A stretch of 57,428 nt of DNA. Source: Gemmatimonadaceae bacterium (GTDB lineage Bacteria > Gemmatimonadota > Gemmatimonadetes > Gemmatimonadales > Gemmatimonadaceae). The position numbers and the translations under genes were made by a program. Shown piece by piece: positions 45,589-56,145 of this stretch. The notes below the pieces were generated by a model. It had not been told where the DNA came from. It did not search any database and saw nothing but the letters and a program-made list of their open reading frames with translations. The stretch lies in NCBI GenBank assembly GCA_039928475.1, contig JBDSTA010000367.1, forward strand, positions 1 through 57,428, given 5' to 3'. Within the stretch, counting starts at the first letter, position 1; the number at the start of each line of letters is the position of its first letter.

Positions 45589-47106
45589 CTAGACACTCGC
45601 GGCGTTCTCGTACTGCAGCAGCTCAGGGCTCGTGACGCCACCGGCGTCCAGGTCGAGCCGGACATAGGTGGGATGAAAGAGCGTGAAGGTGCTGAAGTCG
45701 CCCTTGGAGATCTGGTCCACGAAGGCGCTCAGGCGCGCGCGCGACTCGTCCTTCGTGCCCGACAACAGGTCCGAGGGAAACTTCATCACGTCCGCCCACG
45801 TGCCGCTGTTGAGGTAGAATCCACCCGAGGGCAACGGGATCTTCTTCGCCATGTGCGTGTGGCCGAACACCACGTGCTTGATCCCGTTCGACGCGAGCGC
45901 CGTCGCCGCGTCGAGATACTCGGGCGCGGTCTCGATGGACTGGTCGAAGGTGCGGTCGTCCTGGAGTGACTTGAACGCCGACGCGAGCGCGTCGAGCCGC
46001 GTGTGCACGGCGTCGCTGGCGGGTGACAGCAGCAGCTTGGCCATGCCCCAGATGTGACTCACGAGGTCGCCCCCGGAGCTGATGTCGCTCGTCAACAGGT
46101 GCTCCTCGCCCACGGCCAGCGCGCGGAGCTCGTGCGCGTCGGCGTCGATGTGCTCCTCGAGCATCGCCTTGAGCGCCGCCTCCTCGGTCATCGGCCCGCC
46201 GCCGGATGAGATGTCGCTCGTCATCGGCGCATCGTCCTCGAAGCCGCCACTGGGTGACGCCTTCGGCGCCGACTGCGCCGGTGCCGGTGCCGGCGCCTTG
46301 CCGGTGACCGCGAGCTTCACCGCGCCGCGCGCCTGCATCGCGATGAGCGACACCTTGCCGAGCAGCCCGCGATAGCCCGGCTCGAGCGTGAGCAGGAGGG
46401 GCACGACCGCTCCCGTCTCCGGCTTGAGGAGGTCGATGAACTTGTAGTGCAGCTTGATGGGGTTGATGATGTTCGCGACCATCTGGCTGCCGGGCGGCGG
46501 CGGAAACGCGGCCGACTCGTGCCCCTGGTTGCGCGAGATCCACTGGCAGTGGCCCTGGAGCTTGCCGTAGTCCACGAAGTTGAACGAGTCGTACCGATTG
46601 CCATGCTCGACGAGCGTGTCGCCCACGAGGTAGCCCTCGCCGTCGCGAATCAGCTCGTAGTCGGAACCCTTCGTGACACCGAGGGCCTTCGCGAGCCCAT
46701 CGCGGACCGAGGGCATGGCCAGCTCGATGTCGTGATTGCCGAGGAGGATGACGAGGCGGTGCCCCTTGGCGAGGTACCTCGCGAGCGAATCGAACACGCC
46801 CTTGTCGCGCTCGATGATGGCGTCGAGCTTCTTCCGCGCCGACGGCTGCTCGAAGGTGAACGCCGACCACGCGTCCGCCGTGCCCTCGTCGTCGCGCTCG
46901 GCGAGGAAGTCCACGAGGTCGCCATTCACGATCAGCTCGATGGCCGGATTGTCCACGGGCTTCGCGGTGAGCGCATCGACGAAGTCCGACACGGCGCTCG
47001 CATGCGTGCAGATGCGGAAGCCCCGGTCGTTCGAGCCGGGCTCGGGATAGACCCCGCCGAGGTGAAGGTCGGAGATGATGTACGTCTGCCGGACGACTGC
47101 GCTCAC
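45589..47106 (-). CDS. Calcineurin-like metallophosphoesterase, mirror copy
   Basis: Exact mirror of 10323..11840. Confidence 0.83.
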   Translation of the reverse strand: MSAVVRQTYIISDLHLGGVYPEPGSNDRGFRICTHASAVSDFVDALTAKPVDNPAIELIVNGDLVDFLAERDDEGTADAWSAFTFEQPSARKKLDAIIERDKGVFDSLARYLAKGHRLVILLGNHDIELAMPSVRDGLAKALGVTKGSDYELIRDGEGYLVGDTLVEHGNRYDSFNFVDYGKLQGHCQWISRNQGHESAAFPPPPGSQMVANIINPIKLHYKFIDLLKPETGAVVPLLLTLEPGYRGLLGKVSLIAMQARGAVKLAVTGKAPAPAPAQSAPKASPSGGFEDDAPMTSDISSGGGPMTEEAALKAMLEEHIDADAHELRALAVGEEHLLTSDISSGGDLVSHIWGMAKLLLSPASDAVHTRLDALASAFKSLQDDRTFDQSIETAPEYLDAATALASNGIKHVVFGHTHMAKKIPLPSGGFYLNSGTWADVMKFPSDLLSGTKDESRARLSAFVDQISKGDFSTFTLFHPTYVRLDLDAGGVTSPELLQYENAASV

Positions 47107-47119
47107 GTGGACGTCCTCG

Positions 47120-48730
47120 TCACAGGGTTTTGAGGTACTCGAGCAGCTGGCGGCGCTGCACGTCGCTCAGCGTCGTACCGAAGAGATGTCCTGCATTGCT
47201 GTTGCCAACCTTCCGCGTGTCGAAGGTGAACGGCGGAACGTTGGCCGGCGGCGTGCCGGTGATGCCGACCTTCACGGGATCGAACTCCTGGGCGCCGAGC
47301 ACGAAGGTGACGGGGCGCTGTGCCGGTGGGAGCAACACGTCGTGGAGCGACGGCACGGAGCCGTTGTGGAAGTAGGGCGCGGTGGCCCAGATGGACGTGA
47401 GCGGCCGCGCGGCGTACGCGCCCGTGACGCGCCACTTCGACTCGTAGCGCGCGCCCTCGATGGCGTGCGCCATGGAATCCGTGATCCCGTGCGCCTTGTA
47501 CGCGGCGAGCTTCGCCTTCTTGAGCTCGCGGCCGGCGACGACCGCGTAGCCCTGGTTGAACAGCTTCGTGCCGGCCGTGATGCCGCGCTGCGGGTCCGTG
47601 CCGATCTCGCGATACGGGATGAGCGTGTCGCGCTCGGCCTTGTCCGGCGTGGCGTGGCATCGCTCGCAGTTGGCGACGTAGATCGGCTTTCCCGCGGCGG
47701 CGAGCTTCTCGTCGATCGAGCCCGCGAGCTCCGCGGGCCACTTCGGTGGCTGGATGAGCGACGCGAGCACCTGGAGCGCACTGAGGTTCTGCGGCAGCAG
47801 CGTCGTCGCGCCCGTGCTCGGGACGTAGATGGCGCCGGCCGCGATGGACTGGCCGATGTTGCGCTCCATCACCGAGTTGGTGTTGCCGTCCCAGTGCAGC
47901 CACGTGTGGCGGTCGAACTGCCAGATCTTGGGGTGGCGAACGGGCGCGGTGAGTGCGATCCCCTGCTTCGGATACAACATGTTGCGCGCGGTGTTGAACG
48001 CGTCGATGCGGCCGTATCCCGGGTCGGTGCGCGGCTCCTTCTTCAGGAGATCTTCAATCAGCCGGAAGCTGTCGAACCGCGCGCGGTACGACGCGATCAG
48101 CTTCGGCAGCTCCGCCATGCTCACCGGCTGCCTCTCCCGCAGCCATTCGGGCTGCGCGTTCACGCGCTTCACGAACGCCACCGCCTCCTTCGGATTCTTG
48201 AGGAGCGCCATGATGGACGCGACGAGCTCGCGCTCGAACTTCTGCGGGTCCGAGAGCGCCGAGCCGCCCTCGATGATCATGGGCTTGCCGTTGAGCACGA
48301 GCTGCGCGGTGTGGCACGCGGCGCACGAGAAGCCCACCATGAGGTTCGACCTCGCGCCGACGTCCGAGGGCTTCGTGGCCGAAAGCCCGATGGGGAATCC
48401 GAGCGAGTCGTCGGGGTCGGGCAGCATGCCGAAGCGCTCGATGTCCTCGAGGAAGAGCTTGCCCGTCGCGACGCTCCTGAGCGAGCGGATCCAGGTGACG
48501 GGCATGAACTCGTCGCCCTCACCGAGGTGATGGAGCGAGTCGCGCTGCGGACCTGTTAGCCCCTGAAGCGCGGTCGTCGGCGTGCGCGGTGCGAGGGGAG
48601 GAGCGGCTGGAGGCGGTGGCGTCTTATCGCGGCACGCGGATGCGGCGACGAGCACGGTCACGGCAAGCAGGCCGCGGACGCCGAAACTGCGCGCGCGTGC
48701 TGCGGCTGCGGAGGCGGATCCCTGTGGCAT
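47120..48730 (-). CDS. Di-heme c-type cytochrome lipoprotein, mirror copy
   Basis: Exact mirror of 8699..10309. Confidence 0.78.
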   Translation of the reverse strand: MPQGSASAAAARARSFGVRGLLAVTVLVAASACRDKTPPPPAAPPLAPRTPTTALQGLTGPQRDSLHHLGEGDEFMPVTWIRSLRSVATGKLFLEDIERFGMLPDPDDSLGFPIGLSATKPSDVGARSNLMVGFSCAACHTAQLVLNGKPMIIEGGSALSDPQKFERELVASIMALLKNPKEAVAFVKRVNAQPEWLRERQPVSMAELPKLIASYRARFDSFRLIEDLLKKEPRTDPGYGRIDAFNTARNMLYPKQGIALTAPVRHPKIWQFDRHTWLHWDGNTNSVMERNIGQSIAAGAIYVPSTGATTLLPQNLSALQVLASLIQPPKWPAELAGSIDEKLAAAGKPIYVANCERCHATPDKAERDTLIPYREIGTDPQRGITAGTKLFNQGYAVVAGRELKKAKLAAYKAHGITDSMAHAIEGARYESKWRVTGAYAARPLTSIWATAPYFHNGSVPSLHDVLLPPAQRPVTFVLGAQEFDPVKVGITGTPPANVPPFTFDTRKVGNSNAGHLFGTTLSDVQRRQLLEYLKTL

Positions 48731-48823
48731 GTTGGGCGGATGGTGGGGCGAGCGCGACTTCGCGCGCGCTCCCGGGCAGGACACTCGTGATGCTCCAGAA
48801 GGAGAAGTTCAAGATGACGTTTG

Positions 48824-48851
48824 TTGACGTGTTGTCCAGATCGACTACATT
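48824..48851 (+). promoter_or_regulatory. Candidate sigma70-like promoter, mirror copy
   Basis: TTGACG (48824..48829)-N16-TACATT (48846..48851). Exact mirror of 8578..8605. Confidence 0.3.
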
Positions 48852-48875
48852 CGCACCTCCCCCCGGAGGAAATCG

Positions 48876-51800
48876 ATGCGCAGACTGACTCGCCGTTTGG
48901 AAGACATGCGTCCACACTATGACGTGGTCGTGGTCGGCTCGGGTTACGGGGGCGCCGTTGCCGCCTCTCGGCTCGCGAGGGCGGGAAGGTCCGTCTGCCT
49001 GCTGGAGCGCGGTCCCGAGCGGCATGCGGGGGAATTTCCCGACACGCCCCTCGAGGCGGCGGAAGAGATGCAGACGCACTCGCCGCTGGCGGATACGGGA
49101 CCGCGCACAGGGCTGTTCGACTTTCACGTCGAGGACGGCATCGTCGTCCTCTCTGGTTGCGGCCTCGGCGGAACGTCACTGATCAATGCCAACGTGTCGC
49201 TCCGCGCGGATCCACGCGTGTTCGACGATCCTGCGTGGCCGGCCGCGCTACGGGCCGACCGCGCCGTGCTCGACGAAGGGTATGCGCGCGCCGAGCAGAT
49301 GCTCGGTGCGAATCCGTACCCTGACGCGCTGCCGCCCCTTGCCAAGTATCAGGGGCTCGAGCGGTCTGCAGCGCGACTCGGCCTGCCGGTCTACAAGACC
49401 GCCATCAACGTCACGTTCGAGGATGGCCGGAATCACGCGGGCGTGGAGCAGCAGGCGTGCACGCTCTGCGGTGACTGCGTCACGGGCTGCAACCACGGCG
49501 CGAAGAACACCACGCTGATGAACTACCTCCCGGACGCCGATCATCACGGCGCGGAAATCTTCACGTGCACCGCGGTACAGCGCCTCGAGCGCGCGCCGTC
49601 CGGCGGCTGGCTCGTGCACTTCGAGCCGCTCGCGGTCGGGCGCGAGACGTTCAACGCAGCGCCGATGTTCGTGGCCGCTGATGTCGTCGTGGTGAGCGCG
49701 GGCGCGCTCGGCAGCACCGGGATCCTCCTGCGCTCGCACGCCGCGGGCGTGCCGATGTCGTCGAAGGTGGGCACGCGCTTCTCCGGCAACGGCGACGTCA
49801 TCGGCTTCGCCTACAATGCCGACCAGCCCATCCACGGCATCGGGCTCGGCTCTCGTGCGCCGGTGCAGGGGCGCGAAGTAGGTCCGTGCATCACGGGCGT
49901 GATCGACGGGCGCGCGACGACCGACGTGAACGAGGGCTTCATCATCGAGGAGGGCGACGTGCCCGGCCCGGTCGGGACGCTCAACCCATTGATGTACGTA
50001 ACGGCCGGCCCGTTCATCGGTGAGAAGACGGATCACGAGCACAAGGCACGGCAGGCGCTGAAGACCCTGTCGAGCCTCACGCGCGGCCCGTACACCGGCG
50101 CGACCGACTCGGCGCAGACCTTCCTCGTGATGTCCCACGACGACTCGGGCGGGCACATCAGGCTCGAGGACGGACGGCTGCGCGTGCACTGGGGCGGCGT
50201 CGGCGAGCAGCCGCACTTCGCGCGCATGGATCGCAAGCTCGAGGAGGCGTCGGCGGCCATGAACGCGGAGTACTTCCGCAATCCGCTCTGGACGTCGCTC
50301 CTTGGCGAACGCCTCATCACCGTGCATCCGCTCGGCGGCGTGCCAATGGGTGAGAGCGGCGAATCGGGCGCGGTGAATCACAAGGGGCAGGTGTTCCGCG
50401 GCGATACGGGTACCGACGTGTACGACGATCTCTACGTGATGGACGGCTCGGTGATGCCGCGCTCGCTCGGCGTGAATCCCCTCATCACCATCTCGTCGGT
50501 GGCGGAGCGGAACTCCGCTCTGCTGGCGAAGGACCGGGGCTGGACCATCGACTATTCGCCGAACGGCTCGCTGGCCGACGACGTGCAAGTCGTTCCCTCG
50601 CTCCAGTTCACGGAGACGATGCGCGGCTTCTGGTCGCCGGGCAGCGATGCCGATTTCGACGCGGCGGCTGTGGCGGGGAAGTCCACGGGCTCGAAGTTCG
50701 AGTTCACGCTCACCGTGGATGCGCGCGACGCGCGCGCGATGATCGCCACCCCGCCGCACAACGCGTCGATGTTCGGCACCGTCACCGCGCCGGACCTCTC
50801 GCCCGATCCGCTCAGCGTCACGCAGGGACAGTTCAGCCTCTTCAGTGACTTCACGGGCGCGGCGGAAGAGAAGCGCATGCGCTACGGCATGGTCATGCGC
50901 TCGCCAGCGGGCATGAGCTGGTACATGGACGGCTACAAGCGCGTGCGGCAGGGCAGCCTGCTGCACATATGGCCGGACACGTCGACGCTCTACATCACCA
51001 TCCACGAAGGCACCGATGCGAGCGGTGCGATCGTCGGCCGTGGCGTGCTGCACATCGGGGCGCTGGACTTCCAGAAGCAGATGGGCACCATGAAGGTGGT
51101 GGGTGCCGCGAGTAGCGCGGAGCGGCTCGCCATCACCTACGACTTCGGCAAGCTTTTCGCCGGGGTGCTGTACGACACGTACGGCACCGTTTTCGGGCAG
51201 ACGACCACCTTCCATCCCGACCCCACGCCACGCAAGCGTCGGCCACTCGCCATCGGCGCGCCGGAGGTGCATGCGATCGCGGCCGACGACGGCACGCCGC
51301 TCGTGCTCACGCGCTACCAGGGCGGCACGAAGGGGCCCGTGATCCTGGCGCCGGGCTTCGGCATGCCGGCGTCATCGTGGCTGATCGACACCGTGGACAA
51401 GAACTTCGTCGAGTTCCTGTATGCGGAGGGCTACGACATCTGGCTCTTCGACTATCGCTCGAGCACGGCCTTGCCGTCGTCGTCGCAGCCGTACACCATC
51501 GACGACGTGGCGAAGCGCGACTGGCCCGCCGCGGTGGCGGCCGTGCGGGCGTCCACCGGGAAGCCCGACGTGCAGGTGGTGGGGCACTGCGTGGGCTCCA
51601 TGTCGTTCCTGATGGCGCAACTCGCGGGGCTCACCGGCGTCCGCTCGGCAGTGTGCTCGGCGCTCACCGTGCACCCCAAGGCGCCGACGCTCAGCGAGAT
51701 CAAGGCGAAGCTGCACCTGCCGTCCGTGCTCAACGCCATCGGCCTGCACACGCTCACCACGGAGCGTCCGGAGCCGAGGTGGTTCGACAAGGCGCTGAAC

Positions 51801-52301
51801 GAGGTGATGCGGCTCTATCCCACGCACGAGCGCTGCCACCTCGACGTCTGCCGCAAGATCCTGTTCATGTATGGCGAGGTGTACAAGCACAGTCAGTTGA
51901 ACGAGGCGACGCATGTGGCGATGCACGAGTGGTTCGGCGTCGCGCACATGAAGCCGTTCGCGCAACTGGCCGCGTCGGCAGCGGGTGCGAGCGTGGTGGA
52001 CGCCGAGGGTGACGACACGTACCTGCCGAATGTCGCGCGCCTGGCGATGCCCATCACGTTCATCCACGGGGAGCTGAACAACATGTTCCTTCCCGAGGGC
52101 AGCCGCATGACGTACGACTGGGTTCGCGAGCACAACGGCGACGCGCACTACAAGCGCATCGTCGTGCCGAACTACGGCCACCTCGATTGCTTCTTCGGCA
52201 AGGACGCGTCAACCGATGTCTTCCCCCTCATCCTCTCCGAGCTCGAGCAGCACCAGCAGCCCGAGCCCCACGACGCCGGACTCGCCGGCGCGCACGCCTG
52301 A
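48876..52301 (+). CDS. GMC oxidoreductase::alpha/beta-hydrolase fusion, mirror copy
   Basis: Exact mirror of 5128..8553. GGAGGA at 48865..48870 precedes the ATG at 48876. Confidence 0.83.
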   Translation: MRRLTRRLEDMRPHYDVVVVGSGYGGAVAASRLARAGRSVCLLERGPERHAGEFPDTPLEAAEEMQTHSPLADTGPRTGLFDFHVEDGIVVLSGCGLGGTSLINANVSLRADPRVFDDPAWPAALRADRAVLDEGYARAEQMLGANPYPDALPPLAKYQGLERSAARLGLPVYKTAINVTFEDGRNHAGVEQQACTLCGDCVTGCNHGAKNTTLMNYLPDADHHGAEIFTCTAVQRLERAPSGGWLVHFEPLAVGRETFNAAPMFVAADVVVVSAGALGSTGILLRSHAAGVPMSSKVGTRFSGNGDVIGFAYNADQPIHGIGLGSRAPVQGREVGPCITGVIDGRATTDVNEGFIIEEGDVPGPVGTLNPLMYVTAGPFIGEKTDHEHKARQALKTLSSLTRGPYTGATDSAQTFLVMSHDDSGGHIRLEDGRLRVHWGGVGEQPHFARMDRKLEEASAAMNAEYFRNPLWTSLLGERLITVHPLGGVPMGESGESGAVNHKGQVFRGDTGTDVYDDLYVMDGSVMPRSLGVNPLITISSVAERNSALLAKDRGWTIDYSPNGSLADDVQVVPSLQFTETMRGFWSPGSDADFDAAAVAGKSTGSKFEFTLTVDARDARAMIATPPHNASMFGTVTAPDLSPDPLSVTQGQFSLFSDFTGAAEEKRMRYGMVMRSPAGMSWYMDGYKRVRQGSLLHIWPDTSTLYITIHEGTDASGAIVGRGVLHIGALDFQKQMGTMKVVGAASSAERLAITYDFGKLFAGVLYDTYGTVFGQTTTFHPDPTPRKRRPLAIGAPEVHAIAADDGTPLVLTRYQGGTKGPVILAPGFGMPASSWLIDTVDKNFVEFLYAEGYDIWLFDYRSSTALPSSSQPYTIDDVAKRDWPAAVAAVRASTGKPDVQVVGHCVGSMSFLMAQLAGLTGVRSAVCSALTVHPKAPTLSEIKAKLHLPSVLNAIGLHTLTTERPEPRWFDKALNEVMRLYPTHERCHLDVCRKILFMYGEVYKHSQLNEATHVAMHEWFGVAHMKPFAQLAASAAGASVVDAEGDDTYLPNVARLAMPITFIHGELNNMFLPEGSRMTYDWVREHNGDAHYKRIVVPNYGHLDCFFGKDASTDVFPLILSELEQHQQPEPHDAGLAGAHA

Positions 52302-52326
52302 CGTCGCGCGCGGCGTGGCGGGTGAC

Positions 52327-53745
52327 ATGAGGGGCGTTCCACTCGAGGTCCTTCGCTATCCGCTGCTCTCGGCGATCGCGGGACGCCGCACGCGCCGCGT
52401 CGCGCGCGGCGTGTCCGTGGCGGCGGGCACGCTGTCGCACACGAGCACGAATGCACCCGCGCCGCTCGAGCCGGTCGAGGAGGCGATGCTGATCGTCGCC
52501 ACGGGACTCACGGGCGTGGTCACGCATGATGGGCCGCTCGACATTCCCGGCGGCGGCCGCGAGCTCGGCACGCCGTTCCTGCACGTGATGGCGCGCTCGG
52601 CGAGCAGCCCGGACAACATCCAGGCCGTGCACTTCATCATGATCAACGATGCGGGCACGTGGTTGATCGAGAACCTCACCCCCGCGCGCGCGATGGAGCT
52701 GCTGCGCGACCTGCCACCGAAATGGGAGGACTGGAGCGCGAGCGACTGGACCAGCACCGCCGAAGCGATGAAGAAGCGCATCGGCGACCGGCTCACGTTT
52801 CCGCGACGCTTCCCCTTCTATCTCGGCTGGAACAAGCAGCTGTCGAACATGCCGGGCACCACGATGTTCCTGCCCATCGTGGACTGCACGCGCGGGTACA
52901 TCAACGCGCTGCTGAACCTCGCGATGGAGCCGGATGGCGAGCGGCCCCTGTTCATCGACGACTTCCAGCACTTCAAGCCGGAGTCGGCTACGGACCTCGC
53001 GGCGAGCTTCCTCCAGCACATCGGCAAGGTGCAGATCCCCTACCAGCCGATCGGCGGTACGAAGTACATCCACTCGGGGTACGTGAACCCGAAGGTCGCG
53101 GCGCCGCTCGGCCTCTTTCGCACGTTCATCGCCGATCACGAGTCGCACTTCCACCTCCAGAACCTCATGCTGCTCACGCAGGCCATGGGGCTTGGCGCGT
53201 GGGTGCACTTCTGCCCCGCGTCGCCATTCATCTTCGAGGGTGACGGCACGAAGGAGCATCCGGGGCTGGGGTTCACGATGCAGGCGCCGGGGAAGACGTG
53301 GGGCATGAGCCCGCCGCCACCGCCGTCGTGGATGCCGAATCCCATCGGCATCCCCGGCATCCTCGAAGGGAACACACCGCCGTTCGTGTCGTCGATGGAC
53401 GCCGCCGTGGACGCCGTGCTCGAGGCGAAGTTCGGCCCGGGCGGTGCGTACGATCCGTCGCTGTTGCAGAAGGGATATGCGTCTCCCAGCATGGCCTCGC
53501 AGTTCGTGCGCGAGGGCCAGCGCTACGACGACCGCGCCGTCGCGTACGTGAAGGACGTCTGCAACTACATCTACGACACGTACGGCCGTTTTCCGGCGCA
53601 CGTGGATGCGTTCTACGTGCCGGGCACGTGGCTGCAGGTGTCGCATCCGGAGCTCGAGTACTACGAGCGCACGGTGCCCGCCGAGATGTTCGCGCGGCAG
53701 CACGCGCATGCGGCGATGTGGGGCGAGGGCCCGTCGTCACCGTGA
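52327..53745 (+). CDS. Nitroreductase-superfamily protein, mirror copy
   Basis: Exact mirror of 3684..5102. Confidence 0.58.
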   Translation: MRGVPLEVLRYPLLSAIAGRRTRRVARGVSVAAGTLSHTSTNAPAPLEPVEEAMLIVATGLTGVVTHDGPLDIPGGGRELGTPFLHVMARSASSPDNIQAVHFIMINDAGTWLIENLTPARAMELLRDLPPKWEDWSASDWTSTAEAMKKRIGDRLTFPRRFPFYLGWNKQLSNMPGTTMFLPIVDCTRGYINALLNLAMEPDGERPLFIDDFQHFKPESATDLAASFLQHIGKVQIPYQPIGGTKYIHSGYVNPKVAAPLGLFRTFIADHESHFHLQNLMLLTQAMGLGAWVHFCPASPFIFEGDGTKEHPGLGFTMQAPGKTWGMSPPPPPSWMPNPIGIPGILEGNTPPFVSSMDAAVDAVLEAKFGPGGAYDPSLLQKGYASPSMASQFVREGQRYDDRAVAYVKDVCNYIYDTYGRFPAHVDAFYVPGTWLQVSHPELEYYERTVPAEMFARQHAHAAMWGEGPSSP

Positions 53746-55319
53746 TGCGCGCTCTGCGCCGCGCCGGGTGGGCGGCGTGCGTCGTTGCGCTGGCAGGCTG
53801 CCAGGAGCTCACGGCGACGAAGGCGCTCGACGTCTCCTTCCATCCGGATACGGGCGTGAGCGCGATGCCGAAGGAGCTGTACGACGGCGAGTTGAAGCAC
53901 GTCGTCATGAAGGTGCAGGCCACCTCCGATGCGCAGGCGCTCTACACCACGCGCGTCGTCTGGACCTCCACGCCCGATTCGGTGATCCGCATCGATGACG
54001 GCGCGAACTGCGGGCTCGCGCGCGAGACGACGCCGATTCCCGAGGTGCACGCGTGCCTGTACGCGCGCGCGCCGGGCATCGCCAACATCAAGGTGCGGCT
54101 GGAGCAGCCGGGCCTGAGCGCGGCGGAAACGACCTTCACCGTGCGCGTGAACCAGCGCTGGCTCGACGTCGCGGCGTCCACCGCATCGACCTGCGCCGTG
54201 AACGTGAAGTACCGCGTGTTCTGCTGGGGCGCGTGGGAGTTGACCGGTACCGGAAAGCCCATCGACGCGCTCGTGCCGCGGCCACTGCTCAACACCATCG
54301 GACTTCCCTTCGACCGTGTGTTCGCGGGCGGCACCACCGCGTGCGCCAACGTGCAGGACAGCTCCGTGTCGTATTGCTGGGGCCTCAACGACTACGGCAT
54401 TGCCGGACTCGGACGATCGGTGGCATTCGCCCCGGTGCCCACGCTTCCACTCAACAATTCCTTCACCAGCGTGGCGCCGGGCTACTTCTTCTCGTGCGGC
54501 ATCACCGGCGGGGGAAGTGCGTCGTGCTGGGGCTTGAATGGCGGGTTCTCCATGGGACACCAGCCCGTCGAGAGCTCGGAGAGCTGCCGCGATTCGCCCA
54601 CAGAGCAGTGCGTGTACTCGGCGGGGCTCGAGGCGGCGGCGCGGCAGGTGTTCGCCGTGTCCGTCGCGAGCTTTCATGCGTGCGCTGCGGGGTCGACCGG
54701 CGTGTTCTGCTGGGGCTCGAACCTCGAGGGACAGATCGGCAACGGCCTCATTGGCGGCTCGTCGCCGGTGGCGCAGGTGCCGGGCCTCGTTCCGGTGGCC
54801 GGTGACACTGCGTCCGTCGCCGTCGGTGGCTCACACAGCTGCGCGGCGGTGGGACCGCGCCGCGCCGACAAGGCGACGTGGTGCTGGGGACGAAACGCCG
54901 ACGGCGAAACGGGCGTTGCGGGCTGCCCGGTGGTGACCGATCTCGGGTGCGATGCGCCGCTGCCGCGCCGGCTGTCGAGGGACTTTGCGTCGATCGTCGC
55001 GGGCTACGCACACACCTGCGGGCTCACGGCGGCCGGTGCGGCGTACTGCTGGGGCAGCAATTCCTACGGGCAGCTCGGGCGCGGCATCGCCGACTCGAGC
55101 AACGTCACGCCCGCCGTGGTACCGCTCGACAGCAATCGCACCTTCGTGAAGATCGCCTCGGGCGACACGCACGTGTGCGGCATCACCTCACGCACCGGCG
55201 CGATGTACTGTTGGGGCGCGAACCTCTACGGCAATCTCGGCGACGGGACGAAGGTCGCGCGGTCGAGCGCCCGGCGTGTGTCGGAGCCCGTCACGGGATT
55301 CCTCACCTTCACGCCCTGA
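53745..55319 (+). CDS. RCC1-repeat lipoprotein, mirror copy
   Basis: Exact mirror of 2110..3684. The TGATG junction lies at 53743..53747. Confidence 0.78.
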   Translation: MRALRRAGWAACVVALAGCQELTATKALDVSFHPDTGVSAMPKELYDGELKHVVMKVQATSDAQALYTTRVVWTSTPDSVIRIDDGANCGLARETTPIPEVHACLYARAPGIANIKVRLEQPGLSAAETTFTVRVNQRWLDVAASTASTCAVNVKYRVFCWGAWELTGTGKPIDALVPRPLLNTIGLPFDRVFAGGTTACANVQDSSVSYCWGLNDYGIAGLGRSVAFAPVPTLPLNNSFTSVAPGYFFSCGITGGGSASCWGLNGGFSMGHQPVESSESCRDSPTEQCVYSAGLEAAARQVFAVSVASFHACAAGSTGVFCWGSNLEGQIGNGLIGGSSPVAQVPGLVPVAGDTASVAVGGSHSCAAVGPRRADKATWCWGRNADGETGVAGCPVVTDLGCDAPLPRRLSRDFASIVAGYAHTCGLTAAGAAYCWGSNSYGQLGRGIADSSNVTPAVVPLDSNRTFVKIASGDTHVCGITSRTGAMYCWGANLYGNLGDGTKVARSSARRVSEPVTGFLTFTP

Positions 55320-56145
55320 CGCGCGTGGGCACGCCGTCGCGCAGGCGGCGGATCGCATGCTCGTCGTGCGTGGGGAGGTAGACCACGCGCGTGGAGCCGG
55401 CGAGGTCGGCGATACGCTTCAGCGTCGCGAGCGCGCGATCCTCGTGCGGTGAGAGTCCGTCCACGGCGAGGTCGAGCAGGCTGGCCTCGTCGTAGGTTGC
55501 GTCGCCGGCGATGAAGTACGTCGTGTCGTTCGCGGTGACGATCACCGAGCAATGCCCGTCGGTGTGGCCCGCCGTCTCCACGACGTGGACGTCGCCCGCT
55601 CGCGTGACCACGTGCGACCGCGCGAACGGACCGACCGGCCCGCCGGTGAACGTGTAGGTGCGCGGTGCGAAGCCGCGCGGGAAGGACTTCGCCACGTACC
55701 CGCGAATCCAGCCGCCCAGGCCGCGCGACAGCGCGAGCTCGCGCTCGTGCGTCCAGACCTCCGCGTTCGCCAGCGCGGAGAGACCGCCCGCGTGATCCGT
55801 GTGCAGGTGCGTGGTGAGCACCGTACGCAGCGCGGCCGGATCCACGCCAAGCCGCCGCAACTGCGCGCCCAGCTCCTCTTCCGGTCCGATCTCGACGCGA
55901 ATGTGCGACCGGTAGTACGGATTGAGGTTCGGGTAGTAGCCACGCATCATCGCCTGCGGCGTCTCCCCCGTGTCGACGAGGATGTCACCTTCCGGGTGAC
56001 GGATGAGCCACGCGAGGATCGGCAGCGGCCGCGTCCACTCCTTGTCGCGGAACACGTTCAGGCGCCGCTTGCTGCCATGCCCCTTCCCGCGCACCTGGTT
56101 CGGATGGATGCGCACCGTTCCGGTCTGGATGGGGATGATCTCCAC
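55309..56145 (-). CDS. MBL-fold metallo-hydrolase, mirror copy
   Basis: Exact mirror of 1284..2120. Confidence 0.83.
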   Translation of the reverse strand: MEIIPIQTGTVRIHPNQVRGKGHGSKRRLNVFRDKEWTRPLPILAWLIRHPEGDILVDTGETPQAMMRGYYPNLNPYYRSHIRVEIGPEEELGAQLRRLGVDPAALRTVLTTHLHTDHAGGLSALANAEVWTHERELALSRGLGGWIRGYVAKSFPRGFAPRTYTFTGGPVGPFARSHVVTRAGDVHVVETAGHTDGHCSVIVTANDTTYFIAGDATYDEASLLDLAVDGLSPHEDRALATLKRIADLAGSTRVVYLPTHDEHAIRRLRDGVPTRVRA